A stretch of 51,902 bases of DNA, taken from contig JAITUY010000203.1 in the NCBI GenBank assembly GCA_031286095.1, positions 1 to 51,902 of the forward strand, in the 5' to 3' direction. This DNA is from Treponema sp. GTDB taxonomy: Bacteria; Spirochaetota; Spirochaetia; Treponematales; Breznakiellaceae. Both the position numbers and the translations under genes were made by a program. Below the pieces are notes generated by a model. That model was not told the origin of the DNA and searched no databases. It saw only the letters and a program-made list of their open reading frames with translations. Every line of letters begins with the position of its first letter. The stretch's first letter is position 1. This document shows positions 1-9,293 of this stretch, piece by piece.

Positions 1-121
1 ACAAGTCTTGCGGTTTTTCAGGCTATAAGCCTGCGAACGCGGACTTTAGTCCGAAAGTTCGACAAAACCGCGTTTTTTATATGAAGTTGTTCAGAAACTG
101 AAGTTTCCAAACAACTCTATT
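1..121. repeat. Dispersed multi-hairpin intergenic element, copy A (5'-truncated by window edge)
   Basis: Positions 1-120 match 10966-11085 with two substitutions (positions 72 and 109); internal hairpins CAGGCT-ata-AGCCTG and CGGAC-ttta-GTCCG and terminal palindrome GTTGTTCAGAAAC...GTTTCCAAACAAC. Confidence 0.93.
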
Positions 122-287
122 TATAGAAAACAATTCCTTAAAGAGAGTATCTTCGGAGATTGTCGTCCGGCTGTCTTTTGCAATAACAATTTTTTTCTCT
201 GCCATATCAGCCATTTATTTTACTTACTTTTTTAAATAAAAGATAGTGTTCAATAATTACATAATAAACTTAATTTATTTACGTTTT

Positions 288-1634
288 TTACTCCCCAAAA
301 TCCAATTCCACTACACCCGCTGGTCTTATTATAAGTTCTGTTACCGAGCCTGCGCCAAATACTTCTTCGATATATGAACGATAAACATTGAGCATATTCG
401 ATGGAATGTAAGCCTGAATGGTTCCGGCGAAACCGCCGCCATGAACTCTGCAGGCTCCTTGCAATTTGTGACTGCGGAAAAAGTTTTTGGTAAGAGCCAG
501 AGCGGCGCTTATAGCCTGAGTTTCATGATGGGAAGGCGGGTATGTATTTTGTAAAAGCTCCCATGAAGAATTACCCGATTCATTAACCATGTCCAGATAT
601 AATTTTAATGCCTGTTGTTTCTTCGTGTTTGTAGCCGCACTTTCCATTTCTACAAGAGCAAAAGTCATGGTGTCTACACGTTCGTTTTCATCAAAAAAAT
701 GGAGAGATCGCAAAAGAGCGCGGTCTCCCAGTGTTTTACGTACTTCTGAAGCGCGGTACAGAATAGTTTCCTTTTCCAACTCGCCAAGTACGGACTTGCC
801 GAAAAGCGCCGCTGTCGCATTCATCTCCGCGGGAATTGACGCGTAATCGACTGTAAGATTTGCGTGACTGCCGCCAGTGTTTACTACGCAAAGAGTGTAA
901 CCGCAAGCGGCAAGATCAAAAGAGATCGGCTTTATTTCAGGATGTACTTCATTAAAAAAATCGATAGCGGCCGCGCCGCCTGTAGCGCAGATTATTTGAT
1001 CCATTAATCCGCACGGTTTTCCAAAATAGACGTTTTCGGCAGTTTTGCCGATCTGTGCTATTTCTAAAGGACTGCGTTTTCCATCGCCGTAAAGGGAATC
1101 GAAAACGCGGCATAAAAGCATTTCCAGCGCCGCCGATGATGAAAGCCCCGAACCGGGTAATACGCCTGATTCCGCATTGGCTGAAAATCCTCCGGTAACG
1201 CCGGTTCCTGCGGCAATTCCCCTTATAATAGCCGAGGTTGTTCCTCGTTCTTCCGGCTTCGGTTTTAAATCAGGCGCGCCAGACGTGTCTGTTAGTTTTA
1301 CTTTTTCATCAGGAAAATTGGTTGAACGGAAGAATACGGTATTATCGTTTCGTTTTTGCACAACGGCTACATTGTCCAAATGAATAGACGCGGCTAACAC
1401 TTTTCCTCTGTTATGATCGGTATGATTTCCAGCCAGCTCTGTTCTTCCCGGAGCGCTGAACATCCGCAAATTTTCATTCTCAGAAAATTTGTCCGTACCG
1501 CTTTTTGATATTTCTGTTATCAAAGATTTATAACGTCTTCGGGCGGCTTCAACTTCAGATGAACCATAAAGCCAGGAAAATATTTCCGCGGCGCGCTTCG
1601 AATCAATTTTTATTAATAGTTCTTTTATATTCAT
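288..1634 (-). CDS. galK: Galactokinase (GHMP kinase)
   Basis: Motifs APGRTELAGNHTDHNRG, PGSGLSSSAA, CGLMDQ and RVHGGGFAG are typical of galactokinases. Confidence 0.9.
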   Translation of the reverse strand: MNIKELLIKIDSKRAAEIFSWLYGSSEVEAARRRYKSLITEISKSGTDKFSENENLRMFSAPGRTELAGNHTDHNRGKVLAASIHLDNVAVVQKRNDNTVFFRSTNFPDEKVKLTDTSGAPDLKPKPEERGTTSAIIRGIAAGTGVTGGFSANAESGVLPGSGLSSSAALEMLLCRVFDSLYGDGKRSPLEIAQIGKTAENVYFGKPCGLMDQIICATGGAAAIDFFNEVHPEIKPISFDLAACGYTLCVVNTGGSHANLTVDYASIPAEMNATAALFGKSVLGELEKETILYRASEVRKTLGDRALLRSLHFFDENERVDTMTFALVEMESAATNTKKQQALKLYLDMVNESGNSSWELLQNTYPPSHHETQAISAALALTKNFFRSHKLQGACRVHGGGFAGTIQAYIPSNMLNVYRSYIEEVFGAGSVTELIIRPAGVVELDFGE

Positions 1635-2191
1635 TTTTGGTTTCTAAAAATTATCAAGTAGTCAATAAAAGATACTATGGAAATAATGACCGAAATAATA
1701 AAAATGATAAGAGTTCCTGTTTTGAAATACGGGAGCAGTTGTTTAAAGACGGCAAGACGGTGAAGGCTGTCCGTTAGCAGGGCGGAACCTCCGGCAAAAA
1801 TGTAAAAGACTGTTTTTACTTTTCCGCTTATGCGTGCCCCAAGGGTAACGCCTTTTTTCAGCATTAAATTACGGATAAAGAGAATACTGAATTCGCGGTA
1901 AATGACCAGTAAAAAAAGAACAGCCGGAAAAATACCATCGACTACAAAACAGAAGAAACAGGTAAGTTGCATGAAAGTATCGGCAAAGGGATCGAAAAGT
2001 TTGCCAAAATCGCTTACTTCGTTTTGTTTGCGGGCTACCATGCCATCAAGCATATCGGTTAATTCGGAAACAATGAAAATGAACCAGAGTACGGGAACTG
2101 TCCACGCCTCTTTACCGGGTAATAAAAAGATAATAAAAAACACAGGCGCAAGAATAATCCGGGATAGCGTAATTTTATTTGCAAGGTTCAT
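1631..2191 (-). CDS. pgsA: CDP-diacylglycerol--glycerol-3-phosphate 3-phosphatidyltransferase
   Basis: N-terminal MNLANKITLSR and CDP-alcohol phosphotransferase motif DMLDGMVAR...FGKLFDPFAD; hydrophobic; 4-bp overlap with galK. Confidence 0.9.
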   Translation of the reverse strand: MNLANKITLSRIILAPVFFIIFLLPGKEAWTVPVLWFIFIVSELTDMLDGMVARKQNEVSDFGKLFDPFADTFMQLTCFFCFVVDGIFPAVLFLLVIYREFSILFIRNLMLKKGVTLGARISGKVKTVFYIFAGGSALLTDSLHRLAVFKQLLPYFKTGTLIIFIISVIISIVSFIDYLIIFRNQK

Positions 2192-2234
2192 ATATGAATA
2201 TTGTATTCTAATCTTGAATATGTCAATATTAAGT

Positions 2235-2831
2235 ATGGACGAAAAACAACTGGTTTGGAATGAAAAAGGGCGAAAGAAAGTTTTTGATTGTAATGTGTTT
2301 TCCGTTTGGGAATCTTACTGTAGCCCTCCTGGTAGCCAGCTGGGCAACTCGCCGGAAGACAGCGGCGGCGGTAAACTGCATACTTTTACCGTTTTGGACG
2401 CCAGAGACTGGGTCATGGTTATACCTATTATTGGAAGCTCTGATGGGGAAAAATTTATCATGGTGTGGCAGTGGCGGCATGGCGCAAAAAGTTTAAGCCT
2501 TGAATTTCCAGGGGGAGTTTTTGAACCGGGCGAAAAACCGGAAGAGGCCGCTGTCCGTGAATTGCTGGAAGAGACGGGGTACAAGCCTGAAAAACTTACT
2601 AAGCTTGGAGATTTTAATCCCAATCCGGCGATTATGACAAACAAAATACATTTTTTCCTTGCTGAAAATCTTTGTAGTGAGGGAAGACAGTCTTTAGATG
2701 ATGATGAATATGTTGATGTTGCTCTGATTGATACCAAAGAGGTATTTCAGGGTATAGGAAAGGAACCTTACATTCACGCGCTAACAGGGACAGCCTTGTC
2801 TCTGTATAACGCACGAATGCATAAGTTCTAG
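2235..2831 (+). CDS. NUDIX hydrolase (ADP-ribose pyrophosphatase-like)
   Basis: Nudix box GGVFEPGEKPEEAAVRELLEETG plus QWRHG and LDDDE. Start placed at ATG 2235 (2220 possible); the track's 1902 start overlaps pgsA on the opposite strand. Confidence 0.85.
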   Translation: MDEKQLVWNEKGRKKVFDCNVFSVWESYCSPPGSQLGNSPEDSGGGKLHTFTVLDARDWVMVIPIIGSSDGEKFIMVWQWRHGAKSLSLEFPGGVFEPGEKPEEAAVRELLEETGYKPEKLTKLGDFNPNPAIMTNKIHFFLAENLCSEGRQSLDDDEYVDVALIDTKEVFQGIGKEPYIHALTGTALSLYNARMHKF

Positions 2832-3595
2832 GGACGCCACATACCTTCGCGTGCTTCGCCCTTTATGCTTGGAATATCAATTACCATACCTGGTTCAATC
2901 AAGTCCGGATTATTCGGGTCGGACAGTTTTGATTTATTGGCATTATAGAGCAGTCTCCACTTTGTAGGGTCTCCGTAAACCCATGAGTAGCCTGAAATGT
3001 TCCACAGGCAGTCTCTTTCTTTTGCCCATGTTCTGACAGTGTACTGTTTTGGAAGCCCGGTAGTAGACGTACTTATGTTAGTTCTGCCTTTTTCCAGCGC
3101 CGCAAAAATATTTATGGATTTTGTCGCCGAAGAAATCGCTTCGCTCCAGTTCTCGGCGGAATGGAATTCCACGCCGCTTTCGTAATAAAATTTTCCTTCT
3201 TTGTAATCAATCGGGTAGCGGCGTTCTATATTGTTTTTGTCCGCCCACTCAAGAAGGCGCTTTGCTTCCGCTATCAATTGAACAGAAACAAATTCGTCTG
3301 AAAGCTGAGCAAAACGAATTGCTTCCTGGGCAAAACCGGTGGAAGCGTCATAGTCGCCGATCTCATAGGTGTCATGAGCCAGTTTTGTCAGCCGCATACT
3401 TTCAACGAAGAATTCATTGTTAAGTATACCTTCTGGAATAAATGTTTCTTCGCCCTCTACAGTTACCGCAAAGTAGGGAACGGAGTAAAAAAGCGGCAGT
3501 GTCAGCTCCAACTCAAAAGTTTCCTGCTGAGCAAAGATTGCCTGACTTGTGAAGATCATACAAATTAACAGTATAAAAGTAATTTTGCGGTTCAT
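2828..3595 (-). CDS. Exported protein with C-terminal LysM-type peptidoglycan-binding domain
   Basis: Signal-peptide-like N-terminus; C-terminal YTVR...DCLWNISG..VYGDPTKWRLLYNANK...NPDLIEPG LysM-like pattern. Confidence 0.8.
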   Translation of the reverse strand: MNRKITFILLICMIFTSQAIFAQQETFELELTLPLFYSVPYFAVTVEGEETFIPEGILNNEFFVESMRLTKLAHDTYEIGDYDASTGFAQEAIRFAQLSDEFVSVQLIAEAKRLLEWADKNNIERRYPIDYKEGKFYYESGVEFHSAENWSEAISSATKSINIFAALEKGRTNISTSTTGLPKQYTVRTWAKERDCLWNISGYSWVYGDPTKWRLLYNANKSKLSDPNNPDLIEPGMVIDIPSIKGEAREGMWRP

Positions 3596-4659
3596 TTTGA
3601 ACCTCCTTCAATTATTTTTTCAGCCTCAATGGCTGTTTCAGAACTTTCTTCAACTTTTTCTTCGGCTTGTCTTATTGTTTCCATGGCTAAAAGGCGTTTT
3701 TCTTCGGTCTGTTGTCCTGCAATAACAAAAAGCGCTTCCGCTTCGACATACTGTTTTCCTGCGGCAGAATAGTTTTCGTTTTTATAGCTGTCTTCGGCGG
3801 TGTTAAATACCGTATCGGCTTCGCGGAAACTGTCCCGAACGGCAATATTAACTTTGTTTGCAATGGCAATCTCTCTTTCGGAAGTGGCGGAAGCCCGGCG
3901 TTCGGCGGCATAGGCAATCCAGCCGTTTGTAAGCACAATGTTAAAACGAAGCAGGGCTTCTTCTGCGTTTTCGATCGCGCCTTTTTTATTTCCGGCATCG
4001 TACGAAGTTACCGCCGTTTGGGAAATCTCATCTGCTTTTTCAAAATTTTCAGGATCGTACTTGATAAAATCGCGATCGGTAATTTCTTGTCTTGCTAAAA
4101 GGATTTTTGCTCCCAAAAGCAGAGTTTCATATTCATCTAACGCCTCCGCAATGGTCTCTTTTGCGGCATAGTAATCTTTCGCTTCGTATTGGTCTTTTGC
4201 AGTAAGAGCAATTTTATCCGCTTTTTCTACATATTGGGGAAACAATGCTGAAAACTTTGACCTTACCAGTTCCTCTCTTATGGCAAGAATTTCGTCTTCC
4301 CTTGCCTGAGCGTAAAGCGGAATTGTCATATCAAAAAGCTCGCTGTATCTGTCCGCCACTTTGTTTAACGCGGCCACAGCCGTTTTAACTTCATCCTGAT
4401 TTGAAACCGGCATTTTTTTGGCTGTTGCGTACTGGGCTTCAACATCTTCCCATTCGCTTGGAAAATATGAAGGAACCTCAAAATCCATGGCGCTTTTTCT
4501 GATTTTTTCTATACGGGAATTGACGGTTGCTATTTCTGCCGGAGTAGCCTGTTGTTGCGCTTTAGGCGCCGGTGTGGGTGCGGGTGCGGATTTACAGGAA
4601 ATAACTGTTAATGAGAATATAATTAACGCGAGAAAACACATGAAAATCTTTTTTTTCAT
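3592..4659 (-). CDS. Putative lipoprotein, alpha-helical repeat protein
   Basis: MKKK, hydrophobic stretch and VISC lipobox-like cysteine; Ala/Glu-rich helical body; 4-bp overlap with the LysM gene. Confidence 0.72.
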   Translation of the reverse strand: MKKKIFMCFLALIIFSLTVISCKSAPAPTPAPKAQQQATPAEIATVNSRIEKIRKSAMDFEVPSYFPSEWEDVEAQYATAKKMPVSNQDEVKTAVAALNKVADRYSELFDMTIPLYAQAREDEILAIREELVRSKFSALFPQYVEKADKIALTAKDQYEAKDYYAAKETIAEALDEYETLLLGAKILLARQEITDRDFIKYDPENFEKADEISQTAVTSYDAGNKKGAIENAEEALLRFNIVLTNGWIAYAAERRASATSEREIAIANKVNIAVRDSFREADTVFNTAEDSYKNENYSAAGKQYVEAEALFVIAGQQTEEKRLLAMETIRQAEEKVEESSETAIEAEKIIEGGSK

Positions 4660-4729
4660 AAAATAACTCCTTAATCAGCATAGTATACCCCTGATTGGTT
4701 CTTTTTTCAAGATAGTTTATAAGGTAAAT

Positions 4730-6394
4730 ATGGAAAAAAAAGTTGAAGATGCGGGGAATGTTGGTTCGTCTTTACCGGCGGACTCTTTTGTACGACAAGA
4801 TTCGGCTCTGTCCCTGTCGGCAGGGTCTCTCGTACGGCAAGGTTCTGCTCTGTCCCTGCTTACGCTGTTTTCACGTATTCTCGGTCTTTTAAGGGAAATG
4901 ACCAAGGCGAGTTTTCTTGGGACAAGCGCGCTTTCGGACGCCTTTTCTGTCGCTTTTTTACTGCCAAATCTGTTCCGACGCCTTTTTGCAGAAGGCTCCA
5001 TTTCGGTTGCTTTTATTCCTACTTTTAAAGAATACTTGCTGGGAAATGACAGGGAAAAAACTAGGGAATTCCTTTCCTGTATTTTCACTTTTTTGACGTT
5101 TTTTGTAACTTTAATGGTTGTTATTGGAATTCTTATCTCCCCGTTGCTTATAAGTCTTTTGAAAATGAAAGAGTTTGATGAAACTGTCCTTCTTTCAAGA
5201 ATTATGTTTCCTTTTCTTGGGTTTATGTCGCTGGCGGCGCTGTTTCAGGGGGTGCTGAATAGTCTGCATATTTTTACCCCGTCGGGGCTTGCGCCAATTC
5301 TGCTGAACATTGTTACGATTCTTTGCACTTACGCTCTGAGTCCTTTTACCCAAAACCCCGCCCGGGCAATGGCGACCGGCGTTCTTTTGGGAGGGTTTTT
5401 GAGCGCGGCGATTCAGTTTCCTTTTGTGATAAAACGGGGACAGAGCTTCGTTTTTACAGGTTTGAAAAGAGCTATAAACAACCCTGGTACGCGTAAAGTT
5501 CTTATGCTTATAAGCCCAACGATAGTCGGAATGGCGGCTTATCAGCTTAATGATCTTGTTTCCACAGTTCTGGCCGGGCGTGCTGGCGAGGGTATTGTCT
5601 CTAGTCTTCAGTATTCGCTTAGGCTTCAGGAGTTGATACTTGGCGTTTTTGCGGTTTCTATAGGGACAGTGCTACTCCCAAATCTTGCCGAGTACGCTAA
5701 AACATCGCAATGGGATGTTTTTAACAAACGGCTCGTATCCGCGATGAACATTATCGCTCTGATTACTATTCCTATTACTGTTTTTTCGCTTTTTGAGGGA
5801 CAGAGCTTGATACGTCTTCTCTTTCAAAACCGTAGTTTCGACGAAACCTCGGTTAGCTTGACATTGTCGGCCTTCACGTTCCATATGCCTGGTTTGTTTT
5901 TTATCGCGCTTAACCGTATTCTAGCCCCCGCTTTTTACGCACAGAGCGATACCAAGTCCCCCACCTTGGCAGGTATTATTTCTTTTGCGGCTAATATTTG
6001 TCTTGCGGCTATACTTGCCGGGCCGTTGCGAGGCGCAGGGATTGCTTTGGCTCTGTCCCTCGCCAGCGCTGTTAATACCGTTTTGCTTCTTGCTTTCCTT
6101 AAAAAGAACCCCAATGTTGCCATTGGTCATGCCTTCGGTTCCGCTATCGTCTATATTGTAAAATTATTGATTATTTCGGGATTGGCGATAGTTCCCGTCT
6201 ATTTTTTATCTCCTTTGTTAAAGGCTTTTTTTGCAGGTAATGGGCGGTATATCTCTTATGGCGTACCGCTAATTATTAACTCGTTTGTTTATATTCTGCT
6301 TGGAGTTGCGATGCTTGCCGTTGCAAAGGACAGGCATATTCTTGCTTTAGTTGCTATGTTGAAAAGAAGGGATAGAAATGGAGACAGAGCTTAA
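4730..6394 (+). CDS. murJ: Lipid II flippase MurJ (MviN) with duplicated N-terminal segment
   Basis: SRILGLLRE, AF..PNLFRRLFAEG and AFYAQSDTKSP motifs; many transmembrane segments. Confidence 0.93.
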   Translation: MEKKVEDAGNVGSSLPADSFVRQDSALSLSAGSLVRQGSALSLLTLFSRILGLLREMTKASFLGTSALSDAFSVAFLLPNLFRRLFAEGSISVAFIPTFKEYLLGNDREKTREFLSCIFTFLTFFVTLMVVIGILISPLLISLLKMKEFDETVLLSRIMFPFLGFMSLAALFQGVLNSLHIFTPSGLAPILLNIVTILCTYALSPFTQNPARAMATGVLLGGFLSAAIQFPFVIKRGQSFVFTGLKRAINNPGTRKVLMLISPTIVGMAAYQLNDLVSTVLAGRAGEGIVSSLQYSLRLQELILGVFAVSIGTVLLPNLAEYAKTSQWDVFNKRLVSAMNIIALITIPITVFSLFEGQSLIRLLFQNRSFDETSVSLTLSAFTFHMPGLFFIALNRILAPAFYAQSDTKSPTLAGIISFAANICLAAILAGPLRGAGIALALSLASAVNTVLLLAFLKKNPNVAIGHAFGSAIVYIVKLLIISGLAIVPVYFLSPLLKAFFAGNGRYISYGVPLIINSFVYILLGVAMLAVAKDRHILALVAMLKRRDRNGDRA

Positions 6395-7718
6395 AAAAAA
6401 ACGCAACTTTCCCGCTGTAGTTCTTGCTGGACGTCCCAATGTGGGAAAATCGACGCTCTTTAACCGCCTTCTGCGTAAACGCAGGGCGATTACAGACCCA
6501 ACGCCTGGTGTTACACGCGATCCTGTATCAGCCGAGTGTTTTATCGCGGGAAAACCTCTCATGTTGATTGATACAGGTGGTTTCAAATTGGCTGATTGCG
6601 AAGGCATAGACAAACTAGTGGTAAAAAAAACCCTTGAAACAATAAAAAAAGCAAACCTTATTGTTTTACTGCTCGATGTTGGGGATATAACAAGTGAGGA
6701 CGAAGAATTTATAGACATTTTACGTCCATACAGGGAAAAACTTGTTGTGGCAGTCAACAAAACCGAAGGCGGCAGAGGGCAAGCCGATGCGTGGAATGTT
6801 TTAAAGTTTGGATTTGACAAGGTTTTTATGATTTCAGCTGAACATGGCGACAATATCGGCGAGCTTGAACAGGAGATTATCAGACGGCTGGATTTTTCTG
6901 GGGTTGAAGACGCTCCTGAGGGACAGAGCTCAAATATACGCATCGCCTTGATGGGAAAACCAAACACAGGTAAATCAACGCTTTCCAACCGTCTTACATC
7001 GTCAAACTCGTCTATTGTAAGCGAAATACCAGGCACTACCAGAGACACGGTTGAGGGGAATTTTCGTTGGAAAGGGCGGGATTTTATGATTCTGGACACT
7101 GCCGGCATACGGCGTAAATCGAAAGTTACGGAAAATATCGAATACTATTCGGTTAACCGCGCCATTAAAGCGATTGATTCGGCGGATATTGTCGTTTTGA
7201 TGATCGATGCGGCGGAGGGACTTACTGATCAGGATAAAAAGATAGCGGCTCTAGCCCATGACAAGGGCAGAGGGATCATAATGACTCTTAACAAGTGGGA
7301 CACCATGCCTCAGAACAAAAATACGTTTAAGGACATATCAAGCAGAATACATTTCCTCTTTGGTCAGATGGAATACGCGCCCATTGTCCCTGTCAGCGCG
7401 AAGGACGGAAACGGCGTTGATAAACTTTTGAGTACCGTGATAAAAATGTATGATCAGCTTAGTCAGAATATAACAACTGCCCGTCTTAATCAGGCGCTCG
7501 AACAGTGGCTAACAGAACATCCTCCGCCAATCGGTCCGCATACGCGCTTTAAACTTAAATACATTGTACAAAAATCAGCCAACCCCGTGCATTTTATCAT
7601 CTTTGCATCCCGTCCGCATGCAGTTAGTGATGCGTATATTTCATATTTGCGTAACAAGATACGCAAGGACTTGGGTTTTTCTCTTGTTCCTGTTCTTGTC
7701 GAGGTAAAGGGGTCTTAG
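6378..7718 (+). CDS. der: Ribosome biogenesis GTPase Der (EngA)
   Basis: Two G domains (GRPNVGKSTLFN...DTGG...NKTE; GKPNTGKSTL...DTAG...NKWD) plus a KH-like C-terminal domain. Confidence 0.96.
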   Translation: METELKKKRNFPAVVLAGRPNVGKSTLFNRLLRKRRAITDPTPGVTRDPVSAECFIAGKPLMLIDTGGFKLADCEGIDKLVVKKTLETIKKANLIVLLLDVGDITSEDEEFIDILRPYREKLVVAVNKTEGGRGQADAWNVLKFGFDKVFMISAEHGDNIGELEQEIIRRLDFSGVEDAPEGQSSNIRIALMGKPNTGKSTLSNRLTSSNSSIVSEIPGTTRDTVEGNFRWKGRDFMILDTAGIRRKSKVTENIEYYSVNRAIKAIDSADIVVLMIDAAEGLTDQDKKIAALAHDKGRGIIMTLNKWDTMPQNKNTFKDISSRIHFLFGQMEYAPIVPVSAKDGNGVDKLLSTVIKMYDQLSQNITTARLNQALEQWLTEHPPPIGPHTRFKLKYIVQKSANPVHFIIFASRPHAVSDAYISYLRNKIRKDLGFSLVPVLVEVKGS

Positions 7719-8224
7719 TAACGTATGTGTTCTGGACAATACCGCAAAATCAGATCATCCGGCGGATCGGTAACGGTTTTTATCCCGTGATGATGATGCC
7801 ACAATCCGCCGAATCTCCACTTCCATGAGAAGTCAACCAATTGCGCATTAACCGGATTGTCATCAATATAGATAAACACCCGCAGAAAATCTACTATTCC
7901 TTCGATAATTCGGGAATAGAACCGTTCACCCCATACATGTCCCTTTAAATTATGCCTTCGATTCCATGTCATAGCGAATACGCTGAGAATCCACTGCATA
8001 ATCCGGGATAGGGATTCGTTTTTTCCAGGTTTAATCAACAGGTGAATATGGTTGTTCATAATGCAGAAGTTTCTGAGCTGAAAACGGTATCGCTTTTTTG
8101 CACGCTCAATGACATTTAGCATGAGCGTTTTCTCTTCTTCCAGCAATAGAGCCATTTCACCTCGGTTAATCCTGGCGGAAACATGATACTCAGCTCCCTC
8201 AAGGAGCTTCCTACAAACACGCAT
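7715..8224 (-). CDS. HUH Y1 tyrosine transposase, RAYT/IS200-like, stand-alone
   Basis: YHVSARINRG N-terminus, CIMNNHIHLL (HUH), GHVWGERFYS and catalytic YIDDNPVNAQLV, the layout of REP-associated tyrosine transposases; no tnpB nearby. Confidence 0.9.
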   Translation of the reverse strand: MRVCRKLLEGAEYHVSARINRGEMALLLEEEKTLMLNVIERAKKRYRFQLRNFCIMNNHIHLLIKPGKNESLSRIMQWILSVFAMTWNRRHNLKGHVWGERFYSRIIEGIVDFLRVFIYIDDNPVNAQLVDFSWKWRFGGLWHHHHGIKTVTDPPDDLILRYCPEHIRY

Positions 8225-8327
8225 AATAATATATATGTACGTATATGAATGGCGCTTTACTTTAAGGGGATTTTTTTGACATTTTTTTAGATTTTAGCTC
8301 TGTCCCTGTTATTTTGCTTATATTTTC

Positions 8328-8373
8328 GCTCTGTCCCCACAAAAACTCAATTTAAACCCACTGGGGACAGAGC
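8328..8373. repeat. REP-like hairpin upstream of the Y1 transposase
   Basis: GCTCTGTCCCCA (8328-8339) pairs perfectly with TGGGGACAGAGC (8362-8373) around a 22-nt loop; an extra direct copy of the left arm lies at 8297-8306. Confidence 0.88.
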
Positions 8374-8424
8374 CACTTTATTTAACCTCTTGTTTCTAGT
8401 TTCTATTTCTGTAATGCTATACTA

Positions 8425-9291
8425 ATGAAAGCTTATCTTGATATTGTGCATAAAGTTCTTGAAAATGGGTTTCATAAGGCAAACCGCACCGGTATTGATG
8501 CCTTGACTATCGCCGGAGCAATGTTTGAGCATGATATGGTGGATGGTTTTCCGCTTTTAACTACAAAAAAAGTTCCCTTGCGCCTTGTCGCTTCTGAACT
8601 TGAGTTTTTTATCCGCGGTATAACCGATAAAGAATGGCTAAAGGAGCAAAATAACCACATTTGGGATGAATGGTGCAGTCCGTCTGTAGTTCCATACGCT
8701 ACCGATGAGCAAACCAAGGCTAAAATGACTGCCGAGCGTGAATTGGGTCCTATTTACGGCTGGCAGTGGCGCAATTTTGGCGCGAAATATATGTCTTTTG
8801 ATAATCCTCCTAAGGGACAGAGCTTAGATCAACTTAAGCAGATGGTTCAAACCTTAAAAACCGATCCTGATAACAGGCGCATGATTGTAAGCGCATGGAA
8901 TCCAATCGATCTTCCGCGAATGGCTCTGCCCCCATGCCATTACGCTTTTCAGGTTACGGTAATAGGTGGCAAGTTGAATCTGCTCTGGAATCAACGTTCG
9001 GTCGACGTTGCGCTAGGACTGCCGTTTAATATTGCAAGTTACGGCTTGCTTCTGCACTTGCTTGCGAAAGAGGCAGGTCTTAGCGAAGGCAGGCTTATCG
9101 GGTTTTTGGGTGATGTTCATATTTATGTGAACCATGTCGAGGCTATCCAAGGACAATGCGGTCGCTCTCCAAAGATGTTGTCACGCGTTAAAACACCAAA
9201 CTTTTCTTCCATTTTTGACTGGCATTACGGCGATACGGTTATAGAAGGCTACGATCCCTACCCTGCGATAAAATTCGAGATAGCGGTTTAG
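8425..9291 (+). CDS. thyA: Thymidylate synthase
   Basis: RTG, FPLLTTKK, IWDEW, LGPIYGWQWR, MALPPCH, QRSVD..LGLPFNIASY and DVHIY motifs. Confidence 0.97.
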   Translation: MKAYLDIVHKVLENGFHKANRTGIDALTIAGAMFEHDMVDGFPLLTTKKVPLRLVASELEFFIRGITDKEWLKEQNNHIWDEWCSPSVVPYATDEQTKAKMTAERELGPIYGWQWRNFGAKYMSFDNPPKGQSLDQLKQMVQTLKTDPDNRRMIVSAWNPIDLPRMALPPCHYAFQVTVIGGKLNLLWNQRSVDVALGLPFNIASYGLLLHLLAKEAGLSEGRLIGFLGDVHIYVNHVEAIQGQCGRSPKMLSRVKTPNFSSIFDWHYGDTVIEGYDPYPAIKFEIAV

Positions 9292-9293
9292 TT

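Noticed and set aside
1902-2234. Long N-terminal extension of the NUDIX ORF in the ORF track
   Set aside because: It is the antisense frame of pgsA; the Nudix-like sequence begins near ATG 2220/2235.
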